Source: Escherichia coli
Lineage (GTDB): Bacteria; Pseudomonadota; Gammaproteobacteria; Enterobacterales; Enterobacteriaceae
DNA length: 42,065 nucleotides
Direction: 5' to 3' (one strand)
Assembly: GCF_003334255.1 (NCBI RefSeq)
Contig: NZ_QOWU01000050.1
Under the pieces are notes generated by a model. The model did not search any database. It was given only the letters and a program-made list of their open reading frames with translations, and was not told the origin of the DNA. Positions 19,488 to 31,494 of this stretch are shown one piece after another. Every line of letters starts with the position of its first letter. Position 1 is the first letter of the stretch. Made by a program: the position numbers and the translations under genes.

Positions 19488-21752
19488 ATGAAAATAACGA
19501 CAGTCGGTGTATGCATAATTAGCGGAATTTTTCCGTTGCTGATTTTGCCCCAATTGCCTGGGACATTAACCCTTGCGTTTCTGACTCTCTTCGCCTGCGT
19601 ACTGGCATTTATCCCTGTTAAAACCGTCCGTTATATCGCGCTGACGTTGCTGTTTTTCGTTTGGGGCATATTATCAGCAAAGCAAATTTTGTGGGCAGGA
19701 GAAACCTTAACTGGCGCGACGCAGGATGCAATTGTTGAGATCACTGCAACTGACGGCATGACCACTCATTACGGTCAAATTACTCATCTACAAGGTCGAC
19801 GTATATTCCCTGCGTCAGGTCTCGTGATGTATGGCGAATATCTTCCGCAAGCGGTTTGTGCTGGACAACAATGGTCAATGAAACTCAAAGTTCGTGCAGT
19901 TCATGGCCAACTTAATGATGGCGGCTTTGATAGCCAGCGTTATGCCATTGCCCAGCATCAGCCGCTCACCGGCCGTTTTCTGCAGGCAAGTGTCATTGAA
20001 CCGAATTGTAGCCTGCGTGCACAGTATCTGGCGTCACTACAAACAACGCTGCAACCCTATCCGTGGAATGCGGTTATTCTTGGTTTAGGTATGGGGGAAC
20101 GGTTATCCGTCCCCAAAGAAATCAAAAATATCATGCGCGATACTGGAACGGCGCATTTAATGGCGATATCGGGATTGCACATCGCTTTTGCGGCGTTGCT
20201 GGCTGCCGGACTCATTCGCAGTGGACAAATTTTTCTGCCTGGGCGCTGGATCCACTGGCAAATACCATTAATTGGCGGAATCTGCTGTGCTGCTTTTTAT
20301 GCCTGGTTGACGGGAATGCAACCTCCTGCATTGCGTACCATGGTGGCGCTTGCTACGTGGGGAATGCTTAAGTTAAGTGGGCGACAGTGGAGTGGCTGGG
20401 ATGTATGGATATGTTGTCTGGCGGCAATTTTGCTGATGGATCCTGTTGCCATTCTCTCGCAAAGTTTATGGCTCTCTGCCGCTGCGGTCGCGGCATTGAT
20501 ATTTTGGTATCAGTGGTTTCCCTGTCCTGAGTGGCAACTGCCGCCGGTATTGCGTGCAGTTGTTTCCCTCATCCATCTGCAACTGGGAATCACACTTCTG
20601 CTTATGCCCGTGCAAATCGTCATATTTCATGGCATTAGTCTGACCTCGTTTATTGCAAATCTATTAGCAATTCCCTTGGTGACATTTATCACGGTTCCGT
20701 TGATCCTCGCCGCGATGGTTGTGCATTTAAGCGGGCCGTTAATCCTGGAGCAAGGGTTATGGTTTCTTGCCGACCGGTCTTTGGCTTTACTTTTCTGGGG
20801 GTTAAAGAGTTTGCCGGAAGGGTGGATCAACATTGCTGAATGTTGGCAATGGCTATCATTTTCCCCATGGTTCTTACTGGTGGTATGGCGATTAAACGCC
20901 TGGCGAACGTTGCCAGCAATGTGTGTGGCTGGAGGCTTGCTGATGTGCTGGCCGCTGTGGCAAAAACCTCGACCTGACGAGTGGCAGCTGTACATGCTTG
21001 ATGTCGGGCAAGGGCTGGCAATGGTGATAGCCAGAAACGGCAAAGCGATTCTCTATGACACAGGACTGGCCTGGCCTGAAGGGGATAGTGGGCAACAACT
21101 GATTATCCCCTGGCTCCACTGGCATAATCTTGAACCGGAAGGCGTTATTCTGAGCCATGAACATCTGGATCACCGGGGAGGGCTGGATTCAATATTGCAT
21201 ATATGGCCGATGTTATGGATCAGAAGTCCGTTAAACTGGGAACATCATCAGCCCTGTGTGCGTGGCGAAGCGTGGCAATGGCAAGGATTGCGTTTCAGCG
21301 CGCACTGGCCTTTACAAGGTAGCAACGATAAAGGAAATAACCATTCCTGTGTGGTTAAGGTTGATGACGGGACGAATAGCATTCTTCTAACCGGTGATAT
21401 TGAAGCCCCAGCTGAACAAAAGATGCTAAGCCGTTACTGGCAGCAAGTGCAGGCAACATTGCTTCAGGTACCTCACCATGGCAGTAATACCTCATCATCG
21501 TTGCCATTAATTCAGCGAGTGAATGGAAAAGTGGCACTCGCATCGGCATCGCGCTATAACGCATGGCGACTGCCCTCTAACAAAGTTAAGCATCGCTATC
21601 AACTGCAAGGATATCAATGGATTGATACTCCACATCAAGGTCAAACAACGGTCAATTTTTCAGCGCAAGGCTGGCGGATTAGCAGCCTCAGGGAGCAAAT
21701 TTTACCTCGTTGGTATCATCAGTGGTTTGGCGTGCCAGTGGATAACGGGTAG
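19488..21752 (+). CDS. ycaI: ComEC/Rec2-family inner-membrane DNA-uptake channel homologue
   Basis: 754-aa polytopic membrane protein starting MKITTVGVCIISGIF with a C-terminal metallo-beta-lactamase-like domain (SHEHLDHRGG); gggagggg Shine-Dalgarno. The upstream in-frame ATG at 19410 is rejected. Confidence 0.85.
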   Translation: MKITTVGVCIISGIFPLLILPQLPGTLTLAFLTLFACVLAFIPVKTVRYIALTLLFFVWGILSAKQILWAGETLTGATQDAIVEITATDGMTTHYGQITHLQGRRIFPASGLVMYGEYLPQAVCAGQQWSMKLKVRAVHGQLNDGGFDSQRYAIAQHQPLTGRFLQASVIEPNCSLRAQYLASLQTTLQPYPWNAVILGLGMGERLSVPKEIKNIMRDTGTAHLMAISGLHIAFAALLAAGLIRSGQIFLPGRWIHWQIPLIGGICCAAFYAWLTGMQPPALRTMVALATWGMLKLSGRQWSGWDVWICCLAAILLMDPVAILSQSLWLSAAAVAALIFWYQWFPCPEWQLPPVLRAVVSLIHLQLGITLLLMPVQIVIFHGISLTSFIANLLAIPLVTFITVPLILAAMVVHLSGPLILEQGLWFLADRSLALLFWGLKSLPEGWINIAECWQWLSFSPWFLLVVWRLNAWRTLPAMCVAGGLLMCWPLWQKPRPDEWQLYMLDVGQGLAMVIARNGKAILYDTGLAWPEGDSGQQLIIPWLHWHNLEPEGVILSHEHLDHRGGLDSILHIWPMLWIRSPLNWEHHQPCVRGEAWQWQGLRFSAHWPLQGSNDKGNNHSCVVKVDDGTNSILLTGDIEAPAEQKMLSRYWQQVQATLLQVPHHGSNTSSSLPLIQRVNGKVALASASRYNAWRLPSNKVKHRYQLQGYQWIDTPHQGQTTVNFSAQGWRISSLREQILPRWYHQWFGVPVDNG

Positions 21753-21788
21753 AATATGCGGCTATTTCAACAAATGCTGGTTTTTTGA

Positions 21789-23537
21789 ATGCATAACGAC
21801 AAAGATCTCTCTACGTGGCAGACGTTCCGCCGACTGTGGCCAACCATTGCGCCTTTTAAAGCGGGTCTGATCGTGGCGGGCGTAGCGTTAATCCTCAACG
21901 CAGCCAGCGATACCTTCATGTTATCGCTCCTTAAGCCACTTCTTGATGATGGCTTTGGTAAAACAGATCGCTCCGTGCTGGTGTGGATGCCGCTGGTGGT
22001 GATCGGGCTGATGATTTTACGTGGTATCACCAGCTATGTCTCCAGCTACTGTATCTCCTGGGTATCAGGAAAGGTGGTAATGACCATGCGTCGCCGCCTG
22101 TTTGGTCACATGATGGGAATGCCGGTTTCATTTTTTGACAAACAGTCAACGGGGACGCTGTTGTCACGTATCACCTACGATTCCGAACAGGTTGCTTCTT
22201 CTTCTTCCGGCGCACTGATAACGGTTGTGCGTGAAGGTGCGTCAATCATCGGCCTGTTCATCATGATGTTCTATTACAGTTGGCAACTGTCGATCATTTT
22301 GATTGTGCTGGCACCGATTGTTTCGATTGCGATTCGCGTTGTATCGAAGCGTTTTCGCAACATCAGTAAAAACATGCAGAACACCATGGGACAGGTGACC
22401 ACCAGCGCTGAACAAATGCTGAAAGGCCATAAAGAAGTATTGATTTTCGGTGGTCAGGAAGTGGAAACGAAACGCTTCGATAAAGTCAGCAACCGAATGC
22501 GTCTTCAGGGGATGAAAATGGTTTCAGCCTCTTCCATCTCTGATCCGATCATTCAGCTGATCGCCTCTTTGGCGCTGGCGTTTGTTCTGTATGCGGCGAG
22601 CTTCCCAAGTGTCATGGATAGCCTGACTGCCGGTACGATTACCGTTGTTTTCTCTTCAATGATTGCACTGATGCGTCCGCTGAAATCGCTGACCAACGTT
22701 AACGCCCAGTTCCAGCGCGGTATGGCGGCTTGTCAGACGCTGTTTACCATTCTGGACAGTGAGCAGGAGAAAGACGAAGGTAAGCGCGTGATCGAGCGTG
22801 CGACTGGCGACGTGGAATTCCGCAATGTCACCTTTACTTATCCGGGACGTGACGTACCAGCATTGCGTAACATCAACCTGAAAATTCCGGCAGGGAAGAC
22901 GGTTGCTCTGGTTGGACGCTCTGGTTCGGGTAAATCAACCATCGCCAGCCTGATCACGCGTTTTTACGATATTGATGAAGGCGAAATCCTGATGGATGGT
23001 CACGATCTGCGCGAGTATACACTGGCGTCGTTACGTAACCAGGTTGCTCTGGTGTCGCAGAATGTCCATCTGTTTAACGATACGGTTGCTAACAACATTG
23101 CTTACGCACGGACTGAACAGTACAGCCGTGAGCAAATTGAAGAAGCGGCGCGTATGGCCTACGCCATGGACTTCATCAATAAGATGGATAACGGTCTCGA
23201 TACAGTGATTGGTGAAAACGGCGTGCTGCTCTCTGGCGGTCAGCGTCAGCGTATTGCTATCGCTCGAGCCTTGTTGCGTGATAGCCCGATTCTGATTCTG
23301 GACGAAGCTACCTCGGCTCTGGATACCGAATCCGAACGTGCGATTCAGGCGGCACTGGATGAGTTGCAGAAAAACCGTACCTCTCTGGTGATTGCCCACC
23401 GCTTGTCTACCATTGAAAAGGCAGACGAAATCGTGGTCGTCGAGGATGGTGTCATTGTGGAACGCGGTACGCATAACGATTTGCTTGAGCACCGTGGCGT
23501 TTACGCGCAACTTCACAAAATGCAGTTTGGCCAATGA
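21789..23537 (+). CDS. msbA: lipid A / LPS-core ABC exporter (flippase) MsbA
   Basis: 582-aa ORF with an N-terminal 6-TM domain and a C-terminal ABC ATPase: Walker [10 protein letters not shown], signature LSGGQRQR, Walker B ILILDEAT. Confidence 0.97.
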   Translation: MHNDKDLSTWQTFRRLWPTIAPFKAGLIVAGVALILNAASDTFMLSLLKPLLDDGFGKTDRSVLVWMPLVVIGLMILRGITSYVSSYCISWVSGKVVMTMRRRLFGHMMGMPVSFFDKQSTGTLLSRITYDSEQVASSSSGALITVVREGASIIGLFIMMFYYSWQLSIILIVLAPIVSIAIRVVSKRFRNISKNMQNTMGQVTTSAEQMLKGHKEVLIFGGQEVETKRFDKVSNRMRLQGMKMVSASSISDPIIQLIASLALAFVLYAASFPSVMDSLTAGTITVVFSSMIALMRPLKSLTNVNAQFQRGMAACQTLFTILDSEQEKDEGKRVIERATGDVEFRNVTFTYPGRDVPALRNINLKIPAGKTVALVGRSGSGKSTIASLITRFYDIDEGEILMDGHDLREYTLASLRNQVALVSQNVHLFNDTVANNIAYARTEQYSREQIEEAARMAYAMDFINKMDNGLDTVIGENGVLLSGGQRQRIAIARALLRDSPILILDEATSALDTESERAIQAALDELQKNRTSLVIAHRLSTIEKADEIVVVEDGVIVERGTHNDLLEHRGVYAQLHKMQFGQ

Positions 23538-24520
23538 TCGAAAAAATCTGGTCTGGTGAATCCCCTTTGTGGCGGCTATTGCTGCCACTCTCCTGGTTGT
23601 ATGGCCTGGTGAGTGGCGCGATCCGTCTTTGCTATAAACTAAAACTGAAGCGCGCCTGGCGTGCCCCCGTACCGGTTGTCGTGGTTGGTAATCTCACCGC
23701 AGGCGGCAACGGAAAAACCCCGGTCGTTGTCTGGCTGGTGGAACAGTTGCAACAGCGCGGTATTCGCGTGGGGGTCGTATCGCGGGGATATGGTGGTAAG
23801 GCTGAATCTTATCCGCTGTTATTGTCGGCAGATACCACAACAGCACAGGCGGGTGATGAACCTGTGTTGATTTATCAACGCACTGATGCGCCTGTTGCGG
23901 TTTCTCCCGTTCGTTCTGATGCGGTAAAAGCCATTCTGGCGCAACACCCTGATGTGCAGATCATCGTAACCGACGACGGTTTACAGCATTACCGTCTGGC
24001 GCGTGATGTGGAAATTGTCGTTATTGATGGTGTGCGTCGCTTTGGCAATGGCTGGTGGTTGCCGGCGGGGCCAATGCGTGAGCGAGCGGGGCGCTTAAAG
24101 TCGGTTGATGCGGTAATCGTCAACGGCGGTGTCCCCCGCAGCGGTGAAATCCCCATGCATCTGCTGCCGGGTCAGGCGGTGAATTTACGTACCGGTACGC
24201 GTTGTGACGTTGCTCAGCTTGAACATGTGGTGGCGATGGCAGGGATTGGGCATCCGCCGCGCTTTTTTGCCACGCTGAAGATGTGCGGCGTACAACCGGA
24301 AAAATGTGTACCGCTGGCCGATCATCAGTCTTTGAACCATGCGGATGTCAGCGCGTTGGTAAGCACCGGGCAAACGCTGGTAATGACTGAAAAAGATGCG
24401 GTGAAATGCCGGGCCTTTGCAGAAGAAAATTGGTGGTATTTGCCCGTTGACGCACAGCTTTCAGGTGATGAACCAGCGAAACTGCTTGCGCAACTAACCT
24501 CGCTGGCTTCTGGCAACTAG
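23534..24520 (+). CDS. lpxK: tetraacyldisaccharide 4'-kinase
   Basis: 328-aa ORF with P-loop [12 protein letters not shown]; start overlaps the msbA stop (ATGA). Confidence 0.95.
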   Translation: MIEKIWSGESPLWRLLLPLSWLYGLVSGAIRLCYKLKLKRAWRAPVPVVVVGNLTAGGNGKTPVVVWLVEQLQQRGIRVGVVSRGYGGKAESYPLLLSADTTTAQAGDEPVLIYQRTDAPVAVSPVRSDAVKAILAQHPDVQIIVTDDGLQHYRLARDVEIVVIDGVRRFGNGWWLPAGPMRERAGRLKSVDAVIVNGGVPRSGEIPMHLLPGQAVNLRTGTRCDVAQLEHVVAMAGIGHPPRFFATLKMCGVQPEKCVPLADHQSLNHADVSALVSTGQTLVMTEKDAVKCRAFAEENWWYLPVDAQLSGDEPAKLLAQLTSLASGN

Positions 24521-24556
24521 TTACGCCGCGGCAGCGTTCGATTGATGGAGTCATGA

Positions 24557-25789
24557 ATGTCGCTGCCGCACCTCTCCCTTGCTGATGCGCGTAATCTTCA
24601 CCTTGCCGCGCAAGGCCTGTTAAACAAACCCCGCCGTCGAGCGTCGTTGGAGGATATTCCGGCAACGATCTCCCGCATGTCCTTGTTGCAAATCGATACC
24701 ATCAATATTGTTGCCCGTAGTCCATATCTGGTGCTTTTCAGTCGTCTGGGAAATTATCCTGCCCAGTGGCTGGATGAGTCTCTGGCGCGTGGCGAATTAA
24801 TGGAATACTGGGCGCATGAAGCCTGCTTTATGCCGCGTAGCGACTTTCGTCTTATTCGCCACCGCATGCTGGCACCTGAAAAAATGGGCTGGAAATACAA
24901 AGACGCCTGGATGCAGGAACATGAGGCGGAAATTGCACAGTTAATTCAGCATATTCATGATAAGGGGCCGGTACGTTCAGCCGATTTTGAGCATCCTCGT
25001 AAAGGTGCAAGCGGCTGGTGGGAATGGAAGCCGCATAAACGGCATCTGGAAGGTTTATTTACTGCCGGAAAGGTGATGGTGATTGAACGGCGCAACTTCC
25101 AGCGCGTTTATGATTTAACCCACCGTGTCATGCCTGACTGGGATGATGAGCGCGATCTCGTTTCGCAAACAGAAGCAGAAATCATCATGCTGGATAACAG
25201 TGCGCGTAGCCTGGGAATATTCCGCGAACAGTGGCTGGCAGATTACTATCGGCTGAAACGTCCGGCACTGGCGGCGTGGCGCGAAGCGAGGGCTGAACAG
25301 CAGCAAATCATTGCTGTGCATGTTGAAAAATTGGGCAATCTTTGGCTGCATGCTGATTTGCTGCCGCTACTCGAGCGTGCGCTGGCCGGAAAGCTCACTG
25401 CAACGCACAGCGCGGTACTTTCGCCTTTTGATCCTGTTGTCTGGGATCGCAAACGCGCAGAGCAGCTTTTTGATTTTAGCTACCGGCTGGAGTGCTATAC
25501 CCCAGCGCCGAAACGCCAGTATGGCTATTTTGTTCTGCCATTATTACATCGTGGGCAATTAGTTGGGCGAATGGATGCCAAAATGCATCGCCAGACAGGC
25601 ATCCTTGAAGTTATCTCTCTGTGGTTACAGGAAGGTATTAAACCAACGACAACGCTGCAAAAAGGGCTACGTCAGGCGATTACTGATTTCGCTAACTGGC
25701 AGCAGGCAACGCGGGTGACATTAGGATGCTGCCCGCAAGGCCTCTTTACTGATTGCCGCACCGGCTGGGAAATAGACCCCGTCGCGTAA
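24557..25789 (+). CDS. ycaQ: winged-helix DNA glycosylase-family protein YcaQ (reported interstrand-crosslink glycosylase)
   Basis: 410-aa ORF, matches YcaQ by sequence as recalled and by position downstream of lpxK. Confidence 0.85.
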   Translation: MSLPHLSLADARNLHLAAQGLLNKPRRRASLEDIPATISRMSLLQIDTINIVARSPYLVLFSRLGNYPAQWLDESLARGELMEYWAHEACFMPRSDFRLIRHRMLAPEKMGWKYKDAWMQEHEAEIAQLIQHIHDKGPVRSADFEHPRKGASGWWEWKPHKRHLEGLFTAGKVMVIERRNFQRVYDLTHRVMPDWDDERDLVSQTEAEIIMLDNSARSLGIFREQWLADYYRLKRPALAAWREARAEQQQIIAVHVEKLGNLWLHADLLPLLERALAGKLTATHSAVLSPFDPVVWDRKRAEQLFDFSYRLECYTPAPKRQYGYFVLPLLHRGQLVGRMDAKMHRQTGILEVISLWLQEGIKPTTTLQKGLRQAITDFANWQQATRVTLGCCPQGLFTDCRTGWEIDPVA

Positions 25790-25840
25790 ATGATTATGAT
25801 AAGATTTATGCATTCATAACCCGATCCATCTGGAGGAACT

Positions 25841-26766
<926 letters not shown>

Positions 26767-26919
26767 TTTCACTTCACGACACTCCAGACAATTTTGGGAG
26801 GAGTGTCGTACCGTTACGATTTTCCTCAATTTTTCTTTTCAACAATTGATCTCATTCAGGTGACATCTTTTATATTGGCGCTCATTATGAAAGCAGTAGC
26901 TTTTATGAGGGTAATCTGA

Positions 26920-27813
26920 ATGGAACAGCTGCGTGCCGAATTAAGCCATTTACTGGGCGAAAAACTCAGTCGTATTGAGTGCGTCAATGAAAAAGCGGAT
27001 ACGGCGTTGTGGGCTTTGTATGACAGCCAGGGAAACCCAATGCCGTTAATGGCAAGAAGCTTTAGTACGCCCGGAAAAGCCCGACAGCTGGCATGGAAAA
27101 CCACCATGCTGGCAAGAAGTGGGACTGTCCGTATGCCGACTATTTATGGTGTGATGACGCATGAAGAACACCCCGGCCCCGATGTCCTGCTACTGGAGCG
27201 GATGCGTGGTGTTTCGGTGGAAGCACCAGCCCGAACACCAGAACGCTGGGAACAGCTCAAAGACCAAATCGTTGAAGCCTTACTGGCCTGGCACCGTCAG
27301 GACAGTCGCGGTTGCGTCGGCGCGGTCGACAATACTCAGGAAAATTTCTGGCCCTCATGGTACCGGCAACATGTTGAAGTGCTATGGACCACGCTCAATC
27401 AGTTCAATAACACCGGTCTAACGATGCAGGATAAGCGGATCCTGTTCCGCACTCGCGAATGTCTCCCGGCATTATTTGAAGGCTTTAACGACAATTGTGT
27501 GCTGATTCACGGTAACTTCTGTTTACGCAGCATGTTGAAAGATTCGCGCAGCGATCAGTTACTGGCGATGGTCGGGCCGGGACTAATGCTTTGGGCACCG
27601 CGAGAATACGAACTGTTCCGACTAATGGATAATTCTCTGGCGGAAGATTTGCTCTGGAGTTACCTGCAACGCGCGCCAGTGGCGGAGTCGTTCATCTGGC
27701 GGCGTTGGTTGTATGTGTTATGGGATGAAGTTGCGCAACTGGTTAATACCGGACGATTTAGTCGGCGCAACTTCGATCTGGCATCAAAATCACTCTTGCC
27801 GTGGCTCGCCTGA
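26920..27813 (+). CDS. ycbJ: kinase/phosphotransferase-like protein YcbJ (function unknown)
   Basis: 297-aa ORF matching YcbJ by sequence as recalled and by position; 3' end overlaps convergent elyC by 24 bp. Confidence 0.8.
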   Translation: MEQLRAELSHLLGEKLSRIECVNEKADTALWALYDSQGNPMPLMARSFSTPGKARQLAWKTTMLARSGTVRMPTIYGVMTHEEHPGPDVLLLERMRGVSVEAPARTPERWEQLKDQIVEALLAWHRQDSRGCVGAVDNTQENFWPSWYRQHVEVLWTTLNQFNNTGLTMQDKRILFRTRECLPALFEGFNDNCVLIHGNFCLRSMLKDSRSDQLLAMVGPGLMLWAPREYELFRLMDNSLAEDLLWSYLQRAPVAESFIWRRWLYVLWDEVAQLVNTGRFSRRNFDLASKSLLPWLA

Positions 27814-28569
27814 CGAACCTTTTAGCCACTGCCAGATACGGCCAAGCGTTTCATAGCCAACACGATCGCTATGCATCAACCAGACCGGAGAAGGGATTGC
27901 CCGTTCCCACGGGTTAAGCGGCGAGTCGATGGCCAACTGATTCGCCGGGGCTGGTAGCGGATTTAACCCTTCCTGCTGAAAAAAGATCATCGCCCGCGGC
28001 AGATGTGATGCGGAGGTCACCAGCAGGAAAGGGGCGTCACCAATCGCCTGTTTCACTGCCGCAGCTTCTTCTTCGGTATCTTTTGGCAAATCCAGGGTGA
28101 TAATTTGCTCGCGCGGCACGCCCAGCGATTGCGCAACTCTGGCACCTACTTCCGCTGTACTCACCGTATTGGTTTTTGCTACGCCTCCCGTGAAGATCAG
28201 TTTTGATCCAGGATTTTCGCGCCATAAGCGAATACCTTCATTCAGGCGTGGCAGACTGTTATTGATTAAATTAGAGCTCGGTGCCCACTGCGGGTTCCAG
28301 GTATAACCACCTCCGAGCACCACGATATAGTCCACTTTTTGCGAATTATTCCATGTCGGATAGGTGCTTTCGATGGGACGCAGCAGGCGGTCGGCTACCG
28401 GTTGCAAACTCAATAACAAGAGCGCCAGCCACCCAATGCTAATAAAAATCTTCCCGGTTTTTTGAAAACGGCTAAACCACAGCAGCGCCAGGCCAGCGCC
28501 AATAATCAACAACATTAGCGGAAGTGGCAGCAACATATTGCCAATCACTTTTTTCAGTGTAAAAAGCAT
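27790..28569 (-). CDS. elyC: envelope biogenesis factor ElyC (DUF218)
   Basis: 259-aa ORF with N-terminal transmembrane segments (MLFTLKKVIGNMLLPLPLMLLIIGAGLALLWF...) and a DUF218 domain. Confidence 0.85.
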   Translation of the reverse strand: MLFTLKKVIGNMLLPLPLMLLIIGAGLALLWFSRFQKTGKIFISIGWLALLLLSLQPVADRLLRPIESTYPTWNNSQKVDYIVVLGGGYTWNPQWAPSSNLINNSLPRLNEGIRLWRENPGSKLIFTGGVAKTNTVSTAEVGARVAQSLGVPREQIITLDLPKDTEEEAAAVKQAIGDAPFLLVTSASHLPRAMIFFQQEGLNPLPAPANQLAIDSPLNPWERAIPSPVWLMHSDRVGYETLGRIWQWLKGSSGEPRQE

Positions 28570-28704
28570 CCTTTCTGGTTCCTTTTTTAACCATATAGCA
28601 AGGGATCGCCAGCGATATTACACCAGACGGGTTCATTCTCGCCGTGGCTGTGACAAAATAGCGTCTTTATCAGAAAACGTCTTAGCCAACCGGTGGAGAA
28701 AGCA

Positions 28705-29490
28705 ATGCAGGATCGCAATTTTGATGATATTGCGGAAAAGTTTTCCCGTAACATTTACGGCACCACCAAAGGGCAGCTTCGACAGGCTATTCTGTGGCAG
28801 GATCTCGATCGCGTGCTGGCGGAAATGGGCCCGCAAAAACTGCGTGTGCTGGATGCTGGCGGTGGAGAAGGGCAGACCGCAATCAAAATGGCCGAGTGTG
28901 GGCATCAGGTCATTTTATGCGATCTTTCTGCGCAGATGATCGACCGCGCAAAACAGGCGGCAGAAGCAAAAGGTGTGAGCGACAACATGCAATTTATACA
29001 TTGCGCCGCTCAGGATGTTGCTTCGCATTTGGAAACGCCCGTTGATCTGATATTGTTCCATGCGGTGCTCGAGTGGGTGGCCGATCCCCGCAGTGTATTG
29101 CAGACCCTGTGGTCAGTGTTGCGTCCAGGCGGCGTGTTGTCGTTAATGTTCTACAATGCGCATGGTTTGTTGATGCATAACATGGTCGCCGGGAATTTTG
29201 ATTACGTGCAGGCGGGAATGCCGAAAAAGAAAAAACGGACGCTTTCGCCAGATTATCCACGCGACCCGGCGCAGGTTTATCTGTGGCTGGAAGAAGCTGG
29301 TTGGCAAATTATGGGTAAGACAGGCGTTCGCGTGTTTCATGATTATCTGCGCGAGAAACACCAGCAGCGCGACTGCTATGAAGCATTACTTGAATTAGAA
29401 ACGCGTTATTGCCGTCAGGAACCGTATATTACCCTGGGGCGTTATATTCATGTCACCGCGCGCAAACCGCAGAGCAAGGATAAAGTATGA
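28705..29490 (+). CDS. cmoM: SAM-dependent tRNA methyltransferase CmoM (formerly SmtA)
   Basis: 261-aa ORF starting [13 protein letters not shown] with SAM-binding motif VLDAGGGEG; ggag Shine-Dalgarno. The GTG-initiated 4-codon extension in the ORF track is rejected. Confidence 0.85.
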
Positions 29491-30809
29491 GTGAATTTTC
29501 CCAGACAGTCCCCGAACTGGTTGCCTGGGCCAGAAAAAATGACTTCTCCATCTCGCTGCCGGTAGACCGACTCTCTTTTCTGCTGGCGGTTGCCACGCTG
29601 AACGGCGAGCGTCTGGATGGTGAGATGAGTGAAGGCGAGCTGGTGGATGCATTCCGCCATGTGAGTGATGCGTTTGAGCAAACCAGCGAAACCATCGGCG
29701 TGCGCGCCAATAACGCGATCAACGACATGGTGCGTCAACGTCTGCTGAACCGCTTTACCAGCGAGCAGGCGGAAGGGAACGCAATTTACCGTCTGACGCC
29801 GCTCGGCATCGGCATTACTGACTACTACATCCGTCAGCGCGAGTTTTCTACGCTGCGTCTTTCTATGCAGTTGTCGATTGTGGCGGGTGAGCTCAAACGC
29901 GCAGCAGATGCCGCCGAAGAGGGCGGTGATGAATTTCACTGGCACCGTAATGTCTATGCGCCACTGAAATATTCGGTAGCAGAAATTTTCGACAGTATCG
30001 ACCTGACGCAACGTCTGATGGACGAACAGCAGCAGCAGGTGAAGGACGATATCGCCCAGTTGCTGAACAAAGACTGGCGGGCGGCGATTTCCAGCTGTGA
30101 ATTGTTGCTTTCGGAAACTTCCGGAACGCTGCGTGAATTGCAGGATACGCTGGAAGCGGCAGGCGACAAATTGCAGGCTAATCTGTTGCGCATTCAGGAT
30201 GCGACGATGACCCATGACGATCTGCATTTCGTCGATCGTCTGGTGTTCGATCTGCAGAGCAAACTCGATCGTATTATCAGTTGGGGCCAGCAATCCATCG
30301 ACTTGTGGATTGGCTACGACCGCCACGTACACAAATTTATTCGTACCGCGATCGATATGGATAAAAACCGCGTCTTTGCTCAGCGGTTACGTCAGTCGGT
30401 ACAAACCTATTTTGATGAGCCGTGGGCGCTAACTTATGCCAATGCCGATCGTCTGCTGGATATGCGTGACGAAGAGATGGCACTGCGCGATGAAGAAGTG
30501 ACTGGGGAACTTCCTGAGGATCTGGAATACGAAGAGTTTAACGAGATCCGCGAACAGCTGGCGGCGATCATCGAAGAACAACTTGCCGTGTACAAAACCA
30601 GACAAGTGCCGCTGGATCTTGGTCTGGTGGTACGCGAATATCTGTCACAGTATCCGCGTGCACGTCACTTTGACGTTGCGCGTATTGTTATTGATCAGGC
30701 GGTACGTCTTGGCGTAGCGCAAGCAGATTTCACCGGACTGCCAGCGAAATGGCAGCCGATTAATGATTACGGAGCCAAGGTACAGGCGCATGTCATCGAC
30801 AAATATTGA
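29487..30809 (+). CDS. mukF: condensin kleisin subunit MukF
   Basis: 440-aa ORF ([40 protein letters not shown]...); start overlaps the cmoM stop (ATGA). Confidence 0.95.
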
Positions 30810-31494
30810 ACAAGTGATGCCGGTTAAGCTGGCGCAGGCGCTGGCGAATCCGTTATTTCCGGCGCTGGACAGCGCCTTACGTTCAGGCCGCCATATTGGC
30901 CTCGACGAACTGGATAATCATGCATTCCTGATGGATTTTCAGGAATATCTGGAAGAGTTTTACGCGCGTTATAACGTTGAGCTTATTCGCGCACCGGAAG
31001 GGTTCTTCTATTTACGCCCACGTTCCACCACTCTTATCCCGCGTTCCGTCTTGTCGGAACTGGATATGATGGTCGGGAAAATCCTCTGTTATCTCTATCT
31101 CAGCCCGGAACGGCTGGCGAATGAGGGGATTTTCACCCAGCAGGAACTGTACGACGAACTGCTCACCCTGGCCGATGAAGCAAAACTGCTGAAACTGGTG
31201 AACAACCGTTCAACCGGTTCAGACGTTGACCGTCAGAAGTTGCAGGAGAAAGTACGTTCTTCGCTCAACCGTCTGCGTCGTTTAGGCATGGTGTGGTTTA
31301 TGGGCCACGACAGCAGCAAGTTTCGCATTACCGAATCGGTGTTCCGCTTCGGAGCCGATGTGCGTGCTGGCGACGATCCCCGTGAAGCACAGCGTCGCCT
31401 GATTCGTGATGGCGAAGCAATGCCGATTGAAAATCATCTGCAACTCAACGATGAAACCGAAGAGAATCAGCCAGATAGCGGAGAGGAAGAATAA
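30790..31494 (+). CDS. mukE: condensin subunit MukE
   Basis: 234-aa ORF from the ATG at 30790 ([16 protein letters not shown]...), overlapping mukF by 20 nt; alternative in-frame starts at 30763 and 30817 cannot be excluded from sequence alone. Confidence 0.8.
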
